Shown here: in pieces, positions 1 through 13,479 of the stretch | How positions within the stretch are numbered: position 1 is the stretch's first letter | How the letters are laid out: every line of letters begins with the position of its first letter | Source of the DNA: Vicugna vicugna | Taxonomy: Eukaryota | DNA length: 64,000 nucleotides | Assembly: GCA_013265495.1 (NCBI GenBank) | Contig: MU057936.1 | Span: forward strand, 136,016-200,015 | Direction: 5' to 3' | Position numbers and translations under genes: made by a program | The notes under the pieces: generated by a model | What the model saw: the letters and a program-made list of their open reading frames with translations, nothing else | What the model was told of the DNA's origin: nothing | The model's database searches: none

Positions 1-60
1 GATGGCGGCCTGGCAGTCGGGGTGGTAGTTCTGGCGCCCCTGCGAGGGCCCCGCGGGCAT
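1..60 (-). CDS. FTHL17: Ferritin heavy chain-like (FTHL17-type) gene, copy 1; 5' 20 codons only, continues off the window edge
   Basis: Minus strand from ATG at 60 reads [20 protein letters not shown], matching the ferritin H N-terminus (FTH1 [21 protein letters not shown]) and near-identical to 42408-42467. Integrity beyond the edge is unknown; symbol is family-level. Confidence 0.85.
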   Translation of the reverse strand, partial: MPAGPSQGRQNYHPDCQAAI

Positions 61-550
61 CACGGCTGGCGGCGTGGGCGTGGCAGGCTTGAAGCCCAAG
101 GCGAAGGCGGTGCCGAAGCGGGGGCTGCCGGGCCGGCAGCGGCGGCAGCCAAGATGGCGGCAGCAACGACGGCCTCAAAGCGTTCCCAGGGTAGGCGATG
201 AGGGTGGCCGGAGGTGGGCGGCGCGCTCTGCATCTGGACCGGAGGCGGTGACCTACGGGGGCAGTGACGGTGAGGACGGGGGCCTCGAGGCGCACCCATT
301 GGGCTCTGAGATGGGACCAGAGGGCGGGTCCGTTACCTCAGGGGTTGGAACTGGGTGAAGATCCTTTGGCGGGGGAGGAGGGGTGCGGGGCTGGGGGGGT
401 GCGGCGCGGCGCGGTTGGGGGGGGCGACGGGGGGCGGGCAGGGTCAGAGGAGTAGGGTGGGGAAGGGCGCAAGTACCGTGTTCCAGGCTCCAGCCAAGCC
501 TGGGTGAGACAGGGAGACTGCGCTGAGCGTCTGACCTATATAATATTTTA
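61..550 (-). promoter_or_regulatory. CpG island / 5'UTR-promoter of ferritin-like copy 1, with YY1 motif and G-run tract
   Basis: Very GC- and CpG-rich; CAAGATGGCGGC at 150-161 (YY1 consensus); G-runs and GC boxes at about 370-470; homologous to 42471-42795. Confidence 0.65.
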
Positions 551-729
551 AAATGTTATTCATGAATATAAGTGCAACTGTTTTGAGTTAATCCCTTGCT
601 GGATTTATTTCTCTGAGCAACTTATTTAAATAGTGTCCTAATGTGATTGTTTCGTCAAACGTAGTGTTTTTGTGGTATCCTCGGTCATGTTTGCTATCCC
701 AGAGCCCTATTTGGAGGGCAGCTAGCTTG

Positions 730-1130
730 AGTGACTTCAGCCGATGGCACTGCTGATAGCCTCTTCACTCAGTTCCTGGACCTCAGTAACTCCAGTGATC
801 TCCACCTTTCTCTTTCTGTTCCTGGTCAGGTTCCTACTTCTCTGATAGCCGAGCACCACCTCCAGAGTCTCAGCGAATCTTTCCACCTCTCCAGGTTTAC
901 CCTTTTTGAAGTCGTTCTTCACTCCCTCTGTTCTCTCTCATCTCTTAATGTCTCAGCACAGTCCGAGAAACACAGTGCCCCCCCTGGCTTACCAGTGCCC
1001 TTCCTCCCGGGTGAGCGCACACTTCTCTTTTCTCCGTCAGAAAACGAAAGGCTTAGGTGCAGTCTGAGAGAAAGCACTTCCCCGTCTGCGTGTATCATCC
1101 CTCCAACCTCTTTTGTACTCTGACTGCCAC
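730..1130 (+). mobile_element. Old L2 LINE fragment
   Basis: Pyrimidine-rich; translates to an L2 ORF2-like 'TQFLDLSNSSDLHL' remnant. Confidence 0.4.
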
Positions 1131-1619
1131 TCAGCAAACCCTGAATTTAAGCCCTGAATTATGTTCTGTGGAATGAGCCACAGGGGTAGGAAATACCACT
1201 GAACTCAAATTGTCTTTGTATTACCCCTCCAGTCTTGCTCCAGAAGTATTTAAAATACTAATACTACTGAATGATTTTATGCATGCTAACAGATTGTAAT
1301 CATGTTTCTCACATCTTGTATTTTTCATCATTACCTCCTAGGAAAGTAAGCAATAGTAAAATATATATTATAATGAAGAGAAATCTAAACCTTAAAAACC
1401 CACTTTTCTCAGGGAAAACCAGCAAACAAGCATGGGCTGGGACCTTGCATTTCCATGAAGGAAATATGCACATGTGTAAACAAAAGCATTTCATCTGGGT
1501 TTTCTTTAATGAAGAATGTAAAACTAAGTATAAACACAGAATGAGAAAACTTCAGAGCAGATCATATGTTTAAAAATACGATTATAGGCCCATAAAGTGA
1601 AATGCTTGTGGTCAGTATT

Positions 1620-4352
1620 TGTACTAGCCAGGGTTCTCCAGAGAAACAGAATCAAGAGGATTAATTACTGAAAAGAATTGGCTCATACAGTTATGGAGGC
1701 AAACTAGACCCAAGATCTGCAGTCAGAAGTCTAGAGACGCAGGAGTGCCTGGATAGGAGGAGAACCGAGAGGAGCTGATGCTTTAGTTTAAGTCTGGAGG
1801 CAAGGAAAAAACTAGTGTCCTGGATTAAAGGCAGGAGGAATTCTCTTATTCAAAAGAGGGTTAGTCCTTTTGTTGTATTGAGACTTTCATCTGATTAGAT
1901 GAGGCTCATCCACATTAAGGAGGGCAGTCTGCTTTATTCAGTCTACCAAATTCAGATTCTTTCAAGTTTTATTGAGATATCATTTGCATGTAGCATTGTA
2001 TTAGCCCAAGGTATACAGCATGATGATTCTATATATGTATATGTTGCAGAATGATGACCACGATAAGTTTAGTCAGCGTTAATCACCTCACATAGTTACA
2101 CAGTTGTTTCTCTTGTGATGAGAACTTTGAAGATCTACTCTCTTAGCAACTTTCAAACGTACAATAAGTACTGTGAACTATAGTCACCATGCTGTACATT
2201 ACATTCCCAGAACTTATTTATCTTATAATTGGACATTTTTACCTTCCTACCACCTTTACTTATTTCCTTCACTTCCCACCCCCACCTCTGGCCACCACCA
2301 ATCTGTTCTCTGTATCTGTGAGTTCATTGTAGATACCATTTATAAGTGATAGCACACAGTGTTTGTCTCTGTCTGACTTATTTCACTTAGCATAATACCC
2401 TCAGGGTCCACCCACGTTGGTGCAGTTGGCAGGATTCCCTTCGTTTTTGGGGCCAAATAAGACTCTATGGTATATGTGTACATTTTCTTTATCCATTTCA
2501 TCGTTGGACACCCGGGTTGTTTCCATGTCTTGGCTATTGTAAGTAATCTGCAATGAACATAGGGGCACAGATACCTTTTTAAGATAGTGATTTCATTTCC
2601 TTCAGCTATATACCCAGGAATGGAATGCTGGATTCCTATTCTGATATTTCTGTTTATACGAATAGTAGTTCATATTGTATTTAGTAGTTCATAGTAGTAT
2701 TTATATGAGTATATGGTAGTTCTGCTTATAATTTTTGAGGCCCCTCCATGTTTTCCATAGTGACTCTACCAATTTACATTCCCATTAGCAGTGCATAAGA
2801 CTTCCCTTTCTCAACATCCTCACAATCCCTTGTTTTTTGTCTTTTTGATGATAGACGTTCTAACAGGTGTGAGGTGATGCTGCATTGTGGTTTTGATTTG
2901 CATTTCCCTGATGATGAGTGATGTTGATCATCTTTTCATGTGCCTGTTGCCCTTTTGGATGTCTTCTTTGTAAAAATGTCTATTTATTTCCTCTGCCCAT
3001 TTTTAAATCAGATTGTTTGGTCTTTTACTCTTGAGTTGTATGAGTTCTTTATGTATTTTGGATATTAACCCTTTATCTAGTACATGGTTTGAAAATGTCT
3101 TCTCCCGTTGCATAGGTTGCCTTTTCATTTTGTTGATGGTTTCCTTTGCTGTGCAGAACCTTTCTAGTTTGATGTAATCCCACTTGTTTGTTTTCTGTTT
3201 CGTTGACTTTGCTTTTGGTGTCACATCTGAAGTAATCATCACCATGACTGGTGTTAAGGAGCTTACCCTCCTGTGTTTTCTTCTAGGAATGTTATTTCTT
3301 CAGGTCTTAAGGTCAAATTTTGAATGCAGTTTGAGCTGATTTTTGTATGTGGTGTGAGATGAGGGTTCAGTTTCCTTCTTTTGCATATGGCTATGCAGTT
3401 TTCCTAACACCACTTATTGAAGTGACTGTCCCTTCCCTACTGTATATTTTTGCCTGTTTTGTTGTAAGTTAATTGACCATATATATGTGGGGTTATTTAT
3501 GGTCTTTTTTATTCTGTTCCATTGATCTATGTGTCTGTTTTTATGCCAGTGCCATATTATATTGATGACTGTAGTTTTGTGATATAGCTCAAAGTCAGGA
3601 ATTATGGTACCTCCAGCTTTGTTCTTCTTTCTCAAGATTTATTTGGCTATTTGGGTTCTTTGTGTTTCCATACAAATTTTAGGATTGATTTTTCTATTTC
3701 TGTGAGTCATTGGAATTTTGATAGAGATTGCATTGAATCTGTAGATTGCTTTGGGTATTATGGATATTTTAACAATATTAATTTTTGCATTCCATGGGCA
3801 TGGAGTATCTATCCATTTATTTGTGTCTTCCTCAATTTCTTTCATCGCTGTTTTATAGTTTTGAAAGTACAGATCTTTCATCTCCTTGATTAAATTTGTT
3901 TATGTGTATTTGTTATTTTTGTTGCAATCGTAAATGGGATTGTTTTCTTAATTTCTCTTTCTTATAATTTGTTGTTATCTTATAGAAATGCAACTGATTT
4001 TTGTATGTTGATTTTGTATCCTACAGACTTAGTAAATCTGTTTATTGGTTCTAACAGCTTTTGGGTGGAGTCTTTAGGGTTTTCTATATATAATATGTCA
4101 TCTGCCCATAGAAACATTTTTACTTCTTCCTTTCTAATTTAGATTCCCTTTGTTTCTTTTTATTGACTGGTTCCTCTGGCTAGGACTCCTAGTACCTTGT
4201 TGAATGAAAAAGGTGAACGTGGGCATCCTTGTCCAATTCAGTTGTTATTCTCGTCCAGAAACACCCTTAGAGACATACCCAGAATAACGTTTGAGCAAAT
4301 ACCTCAACACCCCATAGCCCGGTCAAACTGACACATGAAATTAACCATCATA
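1620..4352. mobile_element. MLT2-type ERVL solo LTR (1620-1955 plus 4234-4352), split by an L1 insertion
   Basis: Starts TGTACTAGCCAGGGTTCTCCAGAGAAACAGAA, ends ...ACTGACACATGAAATTAACCATCATA; 5-bp TSD GTATT at 1615-1619 and 4353-4357. Confidence 0.8.
1956..4233 (-). mobile_element. 5'-truncated L1 (L1MA-like 3' end plus ORF2 C-terminal half)
   Basis: ORF remnants [54 protein letters not shown]1 3'UTR; near-duplicated CAA(A)TTCAG flanks. Confidence 0.93.
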
Positions 4353-7300
4353 GTATTATTCACAGTAAACGCAGAGTCTGCAAATAAAATTTCTAGTGTT
4401 GTACTCTGTGAAAACTCTTTGTTTTGACTTTCAGTTCCCTTCATCATTCAAAAATGTAATGAAACTAACAGTTACTGAACTGATACTAGTAAGTTTATAC
4501 TCAGTGTCTTTGATTAGGTGTCATTCACTTATTCAGTATATTTCTATTGAATGCCTTTTTTATGCCAGGTATTTTAGATATTTTACCAAATCTTGTTCTA
4601 TAGACTCTTCATGTTTGCATTGTTTTGCAGCTAAGTGCTCTTCAGTGTTCCATGTAATCCGTTCTTTAAAAACTAATAGTGCAGCAGGCTCGATGATACA
4701 TTCACAAGGAAGTGGACCAAACATTGCAGCATTTGGCTTATCATCTCTCTCTCTATGAACACACACACACGTATATGATGTGCATGCATATGTATAAACG
4801 AACTGTTTAATTAGTGGTGGTGAAAAGTGCACCAGTTCAGAATCAATTTTATCTGTGTCTTGACTGTTCACTCTACATTATTACCCATATTTCATAGATA
4901 AAGAAATTATGAATTAAAGTGTATGTAACATGCTGAAGCACACATCTTGGAAATAGCAGAGCCTGACGTTCTGAACTGGATTCTTGTCTAGGTAGTTTGG
5001 AAAGTTTGGCTGGACTGTGAGCTCCTTTGGAAGAAGGACTGTGTTTAACTTGTTTGATGCTAAGTTTCACATAGTAGGGGCTCAAAAATATGAACTAAAG
5101 ATTGAGTGGCCTTTTAAAGTTTTAGTTTCATTATTTCTCCAAGAAAACAATGAGTGAGAGTGGATGTTGAATATGTATTTAAACTCTTTCCCTTAGGAGG
5201 AAAAAAAAATCAAAGATACCCGATGGTGACAGATTGTTCTTATAATTTTACTTTAATATGCACAAACATAAAACTTGGTATAAAAATCTGTAGCTTAGAA
5301 GTATGCGTTTATAGCTGTAAACCTAATCATTTATAAATATATGCAAGTAAAACTATAAACATAATAAGATTAAAATTAAGAAATTCCAACTATGCTTCAG
5401 ATTATGCTTTTTGTCTTACACACAATCAGTTGTCACTGAGAACAGATCTAGTTGACGAGATGCAAGTCTTCTTTGGAAAGTGCCATGCCTGTGCCCCGAT
5501 ATCTGTGAAGCAGCTCAGCTCCCTGTCACCCTTCCTTACTGAAACGGCTGGCACACTTCAGTTCATATGATGACTCATAATGTAATTTTGCTTTCAGGTA
5601 GTAGAAGCTATCATTCAAATACTGTCTGTCCAATGTTTTTTTAATTAGCTTGTGAAAAGTGAAGTAATGCTGATGCAGTTTGTTGATTTCATCAAGTACC
5701 ATTGAAAGTCTCAGTAACTGAAGGTGCTGCAGTTTCATTCTGTCAAACTATTTTTCGTTTCCCAGTCATCACTTTAAAAGGAAGATTTAGTCTTTGCAGC
5801 TGGTAAAATAAGTCAGTGTGACTGTAAGGGTGGACGTGGGTCAGTTGTCTTTTCTGCATTAGGACATGCCAACCTGGCAGCAATCGTGTGCCTCATGATT
5901 CAAAACGCACACGCAAGCGTGGACACGGAGTTTCTGTGGCTGCACTGAGCTATAGAGAGATCAAGATAATCCTGAAAGTGCTTCCAGTAATTTTCCATGT
6001 AGATGTAAACACAAGAACAGATCCATGGAATTCACAAATAAGGAGAGAAGATGCTGAGTTAGAATGGCATGGACACACCATATAGCTAGCCGGTAACTAT
6101 GTAGGACCTAGTACTTGTCCAGCTTTGTGTTAAAGGCTGAATGACTGCAGTGGGCAGTGACTGTTCTTCCGGACCCTAGAGTCTGTTTCAGTTCCCTTTG
6201 TTCACCGACAGTACGTGTGACCACTGGAAAATTAGTCACTAATGTGTTAATAACAGTGTATGTATAAATAGATTTCCCTTGAAATATCCACATTATTCAG
6301 TAATATTTGTTTGAAATCTTTACTTCTGTTGACGCAGATACAGACATTGCTGCAGAAGTTCTCATACCTTTTCCTACACAGCAGTTATGTTTAGGGAGAA
6401 TGTATTTGGTGGGATGATACTAGTTAACCTAAAAATCCCAGGTGGTTGAAGCTGTAGATATTTTCTTTCACTAAAATCAAGTGTAAGTTTTTCCAAACAA
6501 GTTAGAGAAAAAAGCGTAACCCTTAAAAAATGTTCCTTATGGTTCCATACCGTACTATACAATTAACCCAGTGTGTTAATAGAATAAACGTATTTAACGT
6601 GATGACTGTTCTTCATAATTTGACATGAGTAATGTGTGTCCACTTTTTAATTTTCTAAATATTTATTCCATACTCTCTGTGACTTATTTGCTGACTTTCT
6701 CTTTTATAAAAATATGATAGTGACCTCAACCAACCAATGTTAAAACTCATCAAGAAATAAATGTTTTGTAAAGTGTTTCCTGTGTATTATTCACATTCAT
6801 TACCTTTCCTCTGTGCTCTTCGTATTTCAATATTTGTTCATATATGAAAAATAAACAATGTCCTTTGACTTATTTTCTTGAAGCCTTTTGCCATTTTCCA
6901 AATACATCTCTGAATAATTAAGGTCACTTAAACATATTTAGAGAGTTTCAAGTTTCTAGGCAGTATTTCATATGTAGTAGCTTTCTGCCAAAATGGTTTT
7001 AAACTTCATTTATTGTAAAGTGAATTAATAGACTGGCATATTTTCTTTAAGTAGAAAGGTTATCAACATGCTGTTGCTAATGCAGATGGTGTTCTTAAGT
7101 TATGATTTCTTACGTGACAAACAACCCGTGAGGAGAAGCTCATTAATAACCTGCTAAGTGGTGTGAGCTCTATGACTCGATTCTCCATTAGTAACTTACC
7201 CCAAATTTTCTCCTGCCAGAAAAGTGCTAATTCCTCAAGACCATTGGCAGTAATATGAATTTATACATTATATATAAATCCATATATACATCAGAGGAGA

Positions 7301-7466
7301 AATGGAGCTCAAACACAAACCTAGCATTCCTGTACAAGACGTGAAATGAAGATACGTTGTGGAGTAATTGGTGGATTTGGGAAGGAAGCTGAGGTCAAAG
7401 GCCGCCTATTAGAAAGGGAAGAGGCTATTGAAACTGGGAATTGAGGGGAAGAGAACTACTGAAAGA

Positions 7467-7935
7467 ATTTTTTTTTAAATTGTTCATTGAAGTGTAGTTG
7501 ATTTACAGTGTTACTTTTGGTGATACAGCAAAGTGATTCAGTTATACATATACATACATTGTATATATTCTTTTCAGATTCTTTTCCATTGTATGATATT
7601 ATAAGAAATTGAATATAGTTCCCTGTGCTATACAGTAAGTCCTTGTTTATGTATTTTATATATAGTAATGGGTGTCTTTTAATCCCCAACCCCTAATTTA
7701 TCCCTCCCTGCCCTTTTCCCTTTGGTAACCATGGTTTATTTTCTGTGTCTGTGAGTCTGTTTATGGTTTGTAAGTAGAATATGTGTCATCTTTTTAGATT
7801 CCGCATATAAGTGCTAGCATATGGTATTTGTCTTTCTCTGTCTGACTTACTTCCCTCAGTATGATAATCTGTAGGTCCATCCACGTTGCTGCAAATGACA
7901 TTATTTCATTCTTTTTTATGGGTGAGTAACATTCC

Positions 7936-7970
<35 letters not shown>

Positions 7971-9016
7971 ATATACATACATACATACCACGGCTTCTTT
8001 ATCCAGTCCTCTGTCGATGGACGTTTAGGTTGTTTCCATGTCTTGGCGATTGTAAGTAGTGCTTCTGTGAACATTGGGGTGCATGTATCTTTTCGAATGA
8101 TGGTTTTCTCCAGATATATGCTCAGGAGTGGGATTGCTGGATCATAGGGTAGGTCAATTTTTAGGTTTTTAAGGAACCTCCATACTGTCCTCCATAGTGG
8201 TTGTAACAATTTACATTCCCACTAACGGTGTAGGGGGGTTCCTTTTTCTCCACAGCCTCTCCAACATTTATTGTTTGTAGACTTTCTAATGATGACCATT
8301 CTGACTGGTGTGGGGTGATAACCTCATTGTGGTTGGATTTACATTTCTCTAATAATTATTGATACTGAGCATCTTTTCCTGTGCCTGTTGGCCATCTGGA
8401 TGTCTTCTTGGGAGGAATGTCTGTTTAGGTCTTCTGCCCAGTTTTTGATTGGGGTAGTGTTTTTTTCTTATATGAAGCTGTATGAGTTGTTTGTATATTT
8501 TAAAATTAGTCCCTTGTCAGTTGTGTTGTTTGCAGATAATCTTCTCCCATTCTGTTGGTTGTCTTCTCATTTTGTTTATGTTTCCTTTGCCGTGCAAAAG
8601 CTTTTAAGTTTAATTAGGTCCCATTTGTTAATTTTTACTTGTGTTTCCATTATTCTAGGAGCTGTTCGGAAAAAAAAAATATTGCTGAAATTCATGTCAA
8701 AGAGTGTTCTGCCTGTGTTTGCCTCTAGAAGTTTTATAGTATCCACTCTTACATTTAGTTCTTTAATCTTTTGAGTTTATTTTTGTATATGGTGTTAGAG
8801 AATGTTGTAATTTCATTCTTTTACAGGTAGCTGTCCAGTTTTCCCAGCACCACTTATTAAAGAGACTATCTTTTCTCCATTGTATATTCTTGCTTCCTTG
8901 GTCATAGACTAACTCACCATAAGTGCGTGGGTTTATTTCTGGACTTTCTATCCTGTTCCATTGCTGGATGTGTCTGTTTCTGTGCCAGTAGCATACTGTT
9001 TGATGACTGTAGCCTT
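7467..9016 (-). mobile_element. 5'-truncated L1 (3'UTR plus ORF2 C-terminus)
   Basis: Poly(T) start; ORF remnants QPLWRTVWRFLKNLKIDLPYDPAIPLL and KWKQPK-like/ATWMDL motifs. Confidence 0.93.
7938..7968. repeat. (TG)n microsatellite
   Basis: Perfect TG run inside the L1. Confidence 0.95.
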
Positions 9017-10589
9017 AAGGGATAACCCTGTTCGCTTTGGCTGTCTGTGTGGTGAAGTCCCTGGCCTGGAGTAGACAGGAAAGCTGTGCTGAGAGCAGCT
9101 TCTGGTGGCAGGAATATTATTTCCTTGTCCTTGCAGCTATTATGCAGAAACATTACTTAGCATTCCTCAGATGTCAACGCTCAAGGACAGAAAAAAAAAA
9201 CAGTAATGACAACTGGAAATGTCAGTTGCAAGTCCAAAATAACCTATTTACAGCTGCTTCCCTATTTCACGAGTTCTCCGTCAATTATCCATGCTTTACT
9301 TCCCCCCTAAATCATCAATTTTGTCCTTAGTCACATGTATTCCTCAGTTATGCTTTACGGAAACGCAGTGCTCCCGGTACAGCCCTTCCCCTGAATTCTT
9401 TTTTCTTTTCCACATTAGTGATTTCTAATTTTGAGAAAAAAAGACAATAGCATATAAACGACTCAAGGCACAGAATTCCTCACATTATGAAAAGCAATTC
9501 CTGGATCATTAGTGGTTGATAAATACATTGGTCACATCAATGTAAGTATTGTAATCAGTTTGTCTCCAGAGACTGCAGCTACTGGAAGGAAGAACCTAAT
9601 CAGTTTATTCACTTGTTACAAATGCAGAAGGGGCAGATGGAAGTAGGAAGAGCAAGATTTTATGCAGAACCAAGAGTCTGCTTCCTTTTCTTTCCCGATA
9701 CAATGTTGTAGAAGCCATGGTGTTGATTTTCCTAGCCAGGCTATTTGGCATGTTTGGTTAGATTTCATTCTAAATTAAACCAGTGCATTGGAGTAAATGT
9801 CTGTATGGGGCACTGGTTTTATAAAACTCTATTTCATAGCTGAATGATGTGGAGCATCCCTCATAGTAGCTTCTTGTGAAAGAGGGCTATTGGGTCAAAT
9901 GAACAAGAGAAAACAGGCAATAGTATGATATTACAACTCTTTTTGGAAAATAACATTTCAATTCACATTTCATGACAGATTCAGTAACACCTTGGAAAAC
10001 CATGATGTGTGTATGTGTGTATGAAATGCATACATTTGTATGTACATATTAGGTTTTAATGACTCTTGTTTCATGTTTGCTAAAATTTGTACCTTAATAT
10101 GGGTTGTGGTATGAAATATATATATGTATATATACACATCTACATACGCCAGGTAAAGTAGACATTAGTGGGAGCATGTATCTTAGCTGATGGCATGTGT
10201 GTGCGTTCTGTGCATCTTTAATTCTTTAAAAAATACAAATGTTGTATTAGGTGCCATGGATTACGATTCACTCAGCCCTAGGAGAAAACTGAGGTTATTG
10301 ATTATTCTGCATTTTTCATACTCATAATATGAAATGATTCAGGAAAAATTTTGCTAGCTACTAAAAATAAGCTAAGATTTTTAATTTTAATCTCTCAACA
10401 AGTTCTATGTAATGTACACATCACTCTTGGGAATTTAGATTACTCATGATCTGTGCTTTCAGTATGCTGCCACCTCGTTTAATGGACGTAGGTGCAGAAT
10501 GAGCGCAATAAGCATTCTTTACTCCCTTCTTAGGCGTCAGTGAGTGACGTGGGGTTCTGTGTCAAATGGTCGTCAGTTGAAAGAAAGCC

Positions 10590-10750
10590 TGACTCCATCC
10601 TTGCAAGTTGTGTGAACTTGCCTGTAGTGATTTACTCATCAGAAAAATGGTACTGATGTAAGATGTTGTGAGGATTACATGAGGTGATGCATTTAAGATG
10701 ATACTAATATTGCGGTTCATTGATTGCAGTCAATCCATGGTAGCTATTGT
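10590..10750 (+). mobile_element. MIR SINE remnant
   Basis: Core-like 'ttgtgtgaacttg...ctcatc...gttgtgaggattacatgag' and tail 'tggtagctattgtt'. Confidence 0.55.
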
Positions 10751-11553
10751 TTTAGGAACTAGACTGACCCTGAGAAAGTAGTCTACTCGTTATATAAAAG
10801 CTCATCTTAAGTTTTAAATTTTAGACTCTTCTATTTCAACTCTAGATAGTTAATATAATACTTTTTGTCTTTCCTCTTCTTTTGTTCTTTTTCTTTTCTA
10901 GCTGGTCACTGAAATCTCTTATGTTATTTCTAGGGGAAAGGTTAGCAAGAAATGCAGTTCCAAAATATGTATAGCTCTCAGAATCAATACATTCCAAAGA
11001 TTAGTATATGAAAGAAGAATTAAGCTTCAAAAAGGAGCTTGTAAACATATAAATTTATATAGCCCATAGGCATTTCTAATATTATTGTCCTGAATTGCTA
11101 TTTTAATTTCAAGCATATCTATCTTTTCACTCTAACAAAATTGTAAACTTCCTGAGGTCAAGGACATTAAATTATGTCTATTTCTATTGCAGAGCTTTCT
11201 CAACTTGGGGAATCATCATAATCATAATAATAATAAAATAATAATAATAATAATAGTGCAAAGGGTAGTAGATCTTACTTTTAATCATTTTATTTTCAAT
11301 TTTCCCAGTATACTAGTAAAGTAATAGATATTATTTTAAATTATGTTAAGAGTATAGACCTTTAGTCTGTTGAACACAAATCCATTAAATACTGGTATTC
11401 TGTACTGTATTTTGAAAAATATGATAGGTCACAAAGTTGAATATGTTTTTATGTAAGGAAATGAAGGAAAGAATGCAGATATGCAATGTCTAGTAAATCT
11501 GAGTGATTCTGAAGTTAGTTACTTCACCCACCCAGATGCTAGAAAGTCTGGTT

Positions 11554-12330
11554 GAGGGAGTGAAGTCCGCAAGATGGCGGAATAGGAGGTTCGGGGCTTT
11601 AGTCTCCCTCACTGAAAGAGCAGCTAGCAACTATCCACAGACAAGAATGCCTCTGAAAAAACTCCCAGAACCTGGAAGGGAGGCTGAAGCACCCTCCTGT
11701 GGAGCACGAAGCAGCTTCCCAGTTGACCCTACACAGCTCCTCCCGCAGATCAGCACAGAGCCGCACCAAGAGGTTTCTCCAGTGGGGAAGAGACCCCAGT
11801 GTGAACATCCCGGTTCCACAGCATTCTGGAAACCTCCCTACGAGGTCCACTTCTGTCCATCTCACGGGGAGCATTAGGAGAAAAGGGAGGACTAGACCAC
11901 CTGAGATCAGTTTGAAATAAAGAGGAGGGGGCGGGGCTCCCCGCATCCAGCACGTAGGTCTTGATGGACTGGGGGCCTGATGGCGCTGGTGTCCCGACGG
12001 AGAGCACAGCCGGCAGTTCTGTCCCCCTGTGGAGTGGAGCCATGAATCTTGTCTGGCCGAGGAGCGTGTGAGCAGCTCTACCCAGATGGGGTCCCCAGCC
12101 GGCTGACTGGCTCAGCCATGGAACCCGTCCTATGGCCCCACTGAGGCAGGGTGAGAAGCCAGCGGCCCCGTCCAGCTGCAGAGCACAGCCCCTGGGCTTG
12201 CCCAGCCAGGAAGCCCAAACAGTGACCCTGTGAAATCTTGGAGCCCAGCGCCCAGGCCTGCCTGGCTTTGGAGCCCAGCATACAGCCCGCTTGATGGCTG
12301 AGCAGATTTTCCATTATGCAGGCAATGGAG
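11554..12330 (+). mobile_element. Isolated L1 5'UTR fragment
   Basis: Begins with the L1 5'-end motif CAAGATGGCGGAATAGGAGG, similar to the 5' end of the L1 at 49885 (AAGATGGCAGAGTAGAAGG); GC-rich island in AT-rich flanks. Confidence 0.7.
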
Positions 12331-13479
12331 CCGAGAGAGCAGCTATTTCATTATCGTTCCATTCCTCCAGATGCTCTCAATTCCTTCCTCCCGATGCAAA
12401 GATTTGTCGCATATACTATAAATATTCTAAACAGTGCCATAAATATTTTCCTTACTTAAAGGCATAGTTTTTATTATACACACTAAAGATTCCTTAGTTG
12501 CTCTAATGATAGACTGAAAAGAAGGCACTATCCTTAACCTCTGATTAAATGGTAAGAGATCAGGAGAGCATGACATGGGCATCGCTGGCCGTGGTAACCA
12601 GTCCTACCTGGTGTGCGGGTTTTCACATCCTTCCAGAGCTGAGTTGAATTTATGCCTGCTCTTGCCACACAACTGACAAAGTTGTGGTTGCTTTAACAGG
12701 CAAGATGGAAGAGCAGTGTATGACTGGTTCCAGAGAATGAAAGTATGTCTTTATGTTTCCTTTACGAGAGGCCCCGGACGTGTGTTCTTCCCCTAGTTTC
12801 AGCGGGTGGGGTCTAGGATTTCAAGGGGACTATTTCGTTGTCCGTGATACTGCTGAGTGTCAGTGTGGAAATAATGCACACGATAGGAGGACTTTGACTC
12901 GGACTTCACATTTGACCTTAGATAACTCAGTTACCTGGAGTTTTGTCAGTGATAAAATGGAGCTACTAATACTTTGGGGTTTCCCCATGTTCCTCAAAAC
13001 AAAACAAAGAAAGAAAGGTTGTGAAAGGGCTTTTTGAAAGCTTCAGCTACACTAACACAATGATACATCAGGCTTCCGAATTGCCCCTCCCCCAGACTAT
13101 GGATTTAAAGTCTCATTGGTGTTAAGAAGTCCAAATTCTGTTTGCTTTTGTTTATGTCTGTGTGACAACTAATACCAATGTAGGTAGTTGCTGCAGTGGA
13201 GAAACCCAGGTAATGTCTCTAAGGAAAGTTTATTTTCACTGGGAGGAGCCATCACTGATAAGCAGTCGGAGGCCTTGCTACTGACTCTTATTTTGCAAAT
13301 GCACGTTTTCATCTTAAGCGAAAGGTAAGATTGAGTGAGGTGTAGTTGAAGGCTGTCACGCTAGGTAAAAACCATCAAAAAGGGATTTTTTTTTTCTTGG
13401 CTCCTTTGCCTTCTACCTTTTTAGCATCCTCCTTCCGTATTCCCTCCTCTTTCACAAGTACACGCCGAGTATCTATTCT

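Noticed and set aside
325..345. Shared minus-strand splice-donor-like motifs upstream of both ferritin copies (GAG/GTAACG; CTG/GTAAGG at about 42630)
   Set aside because: No convincing acceptor identified and no transcript evidence.
5330..6330. Non-repetitive-looking stretch examined as a possible exon or pseudogene
   Set aside because: The frames I translated gave no recognisable protein or splice structure; a database search is needed.
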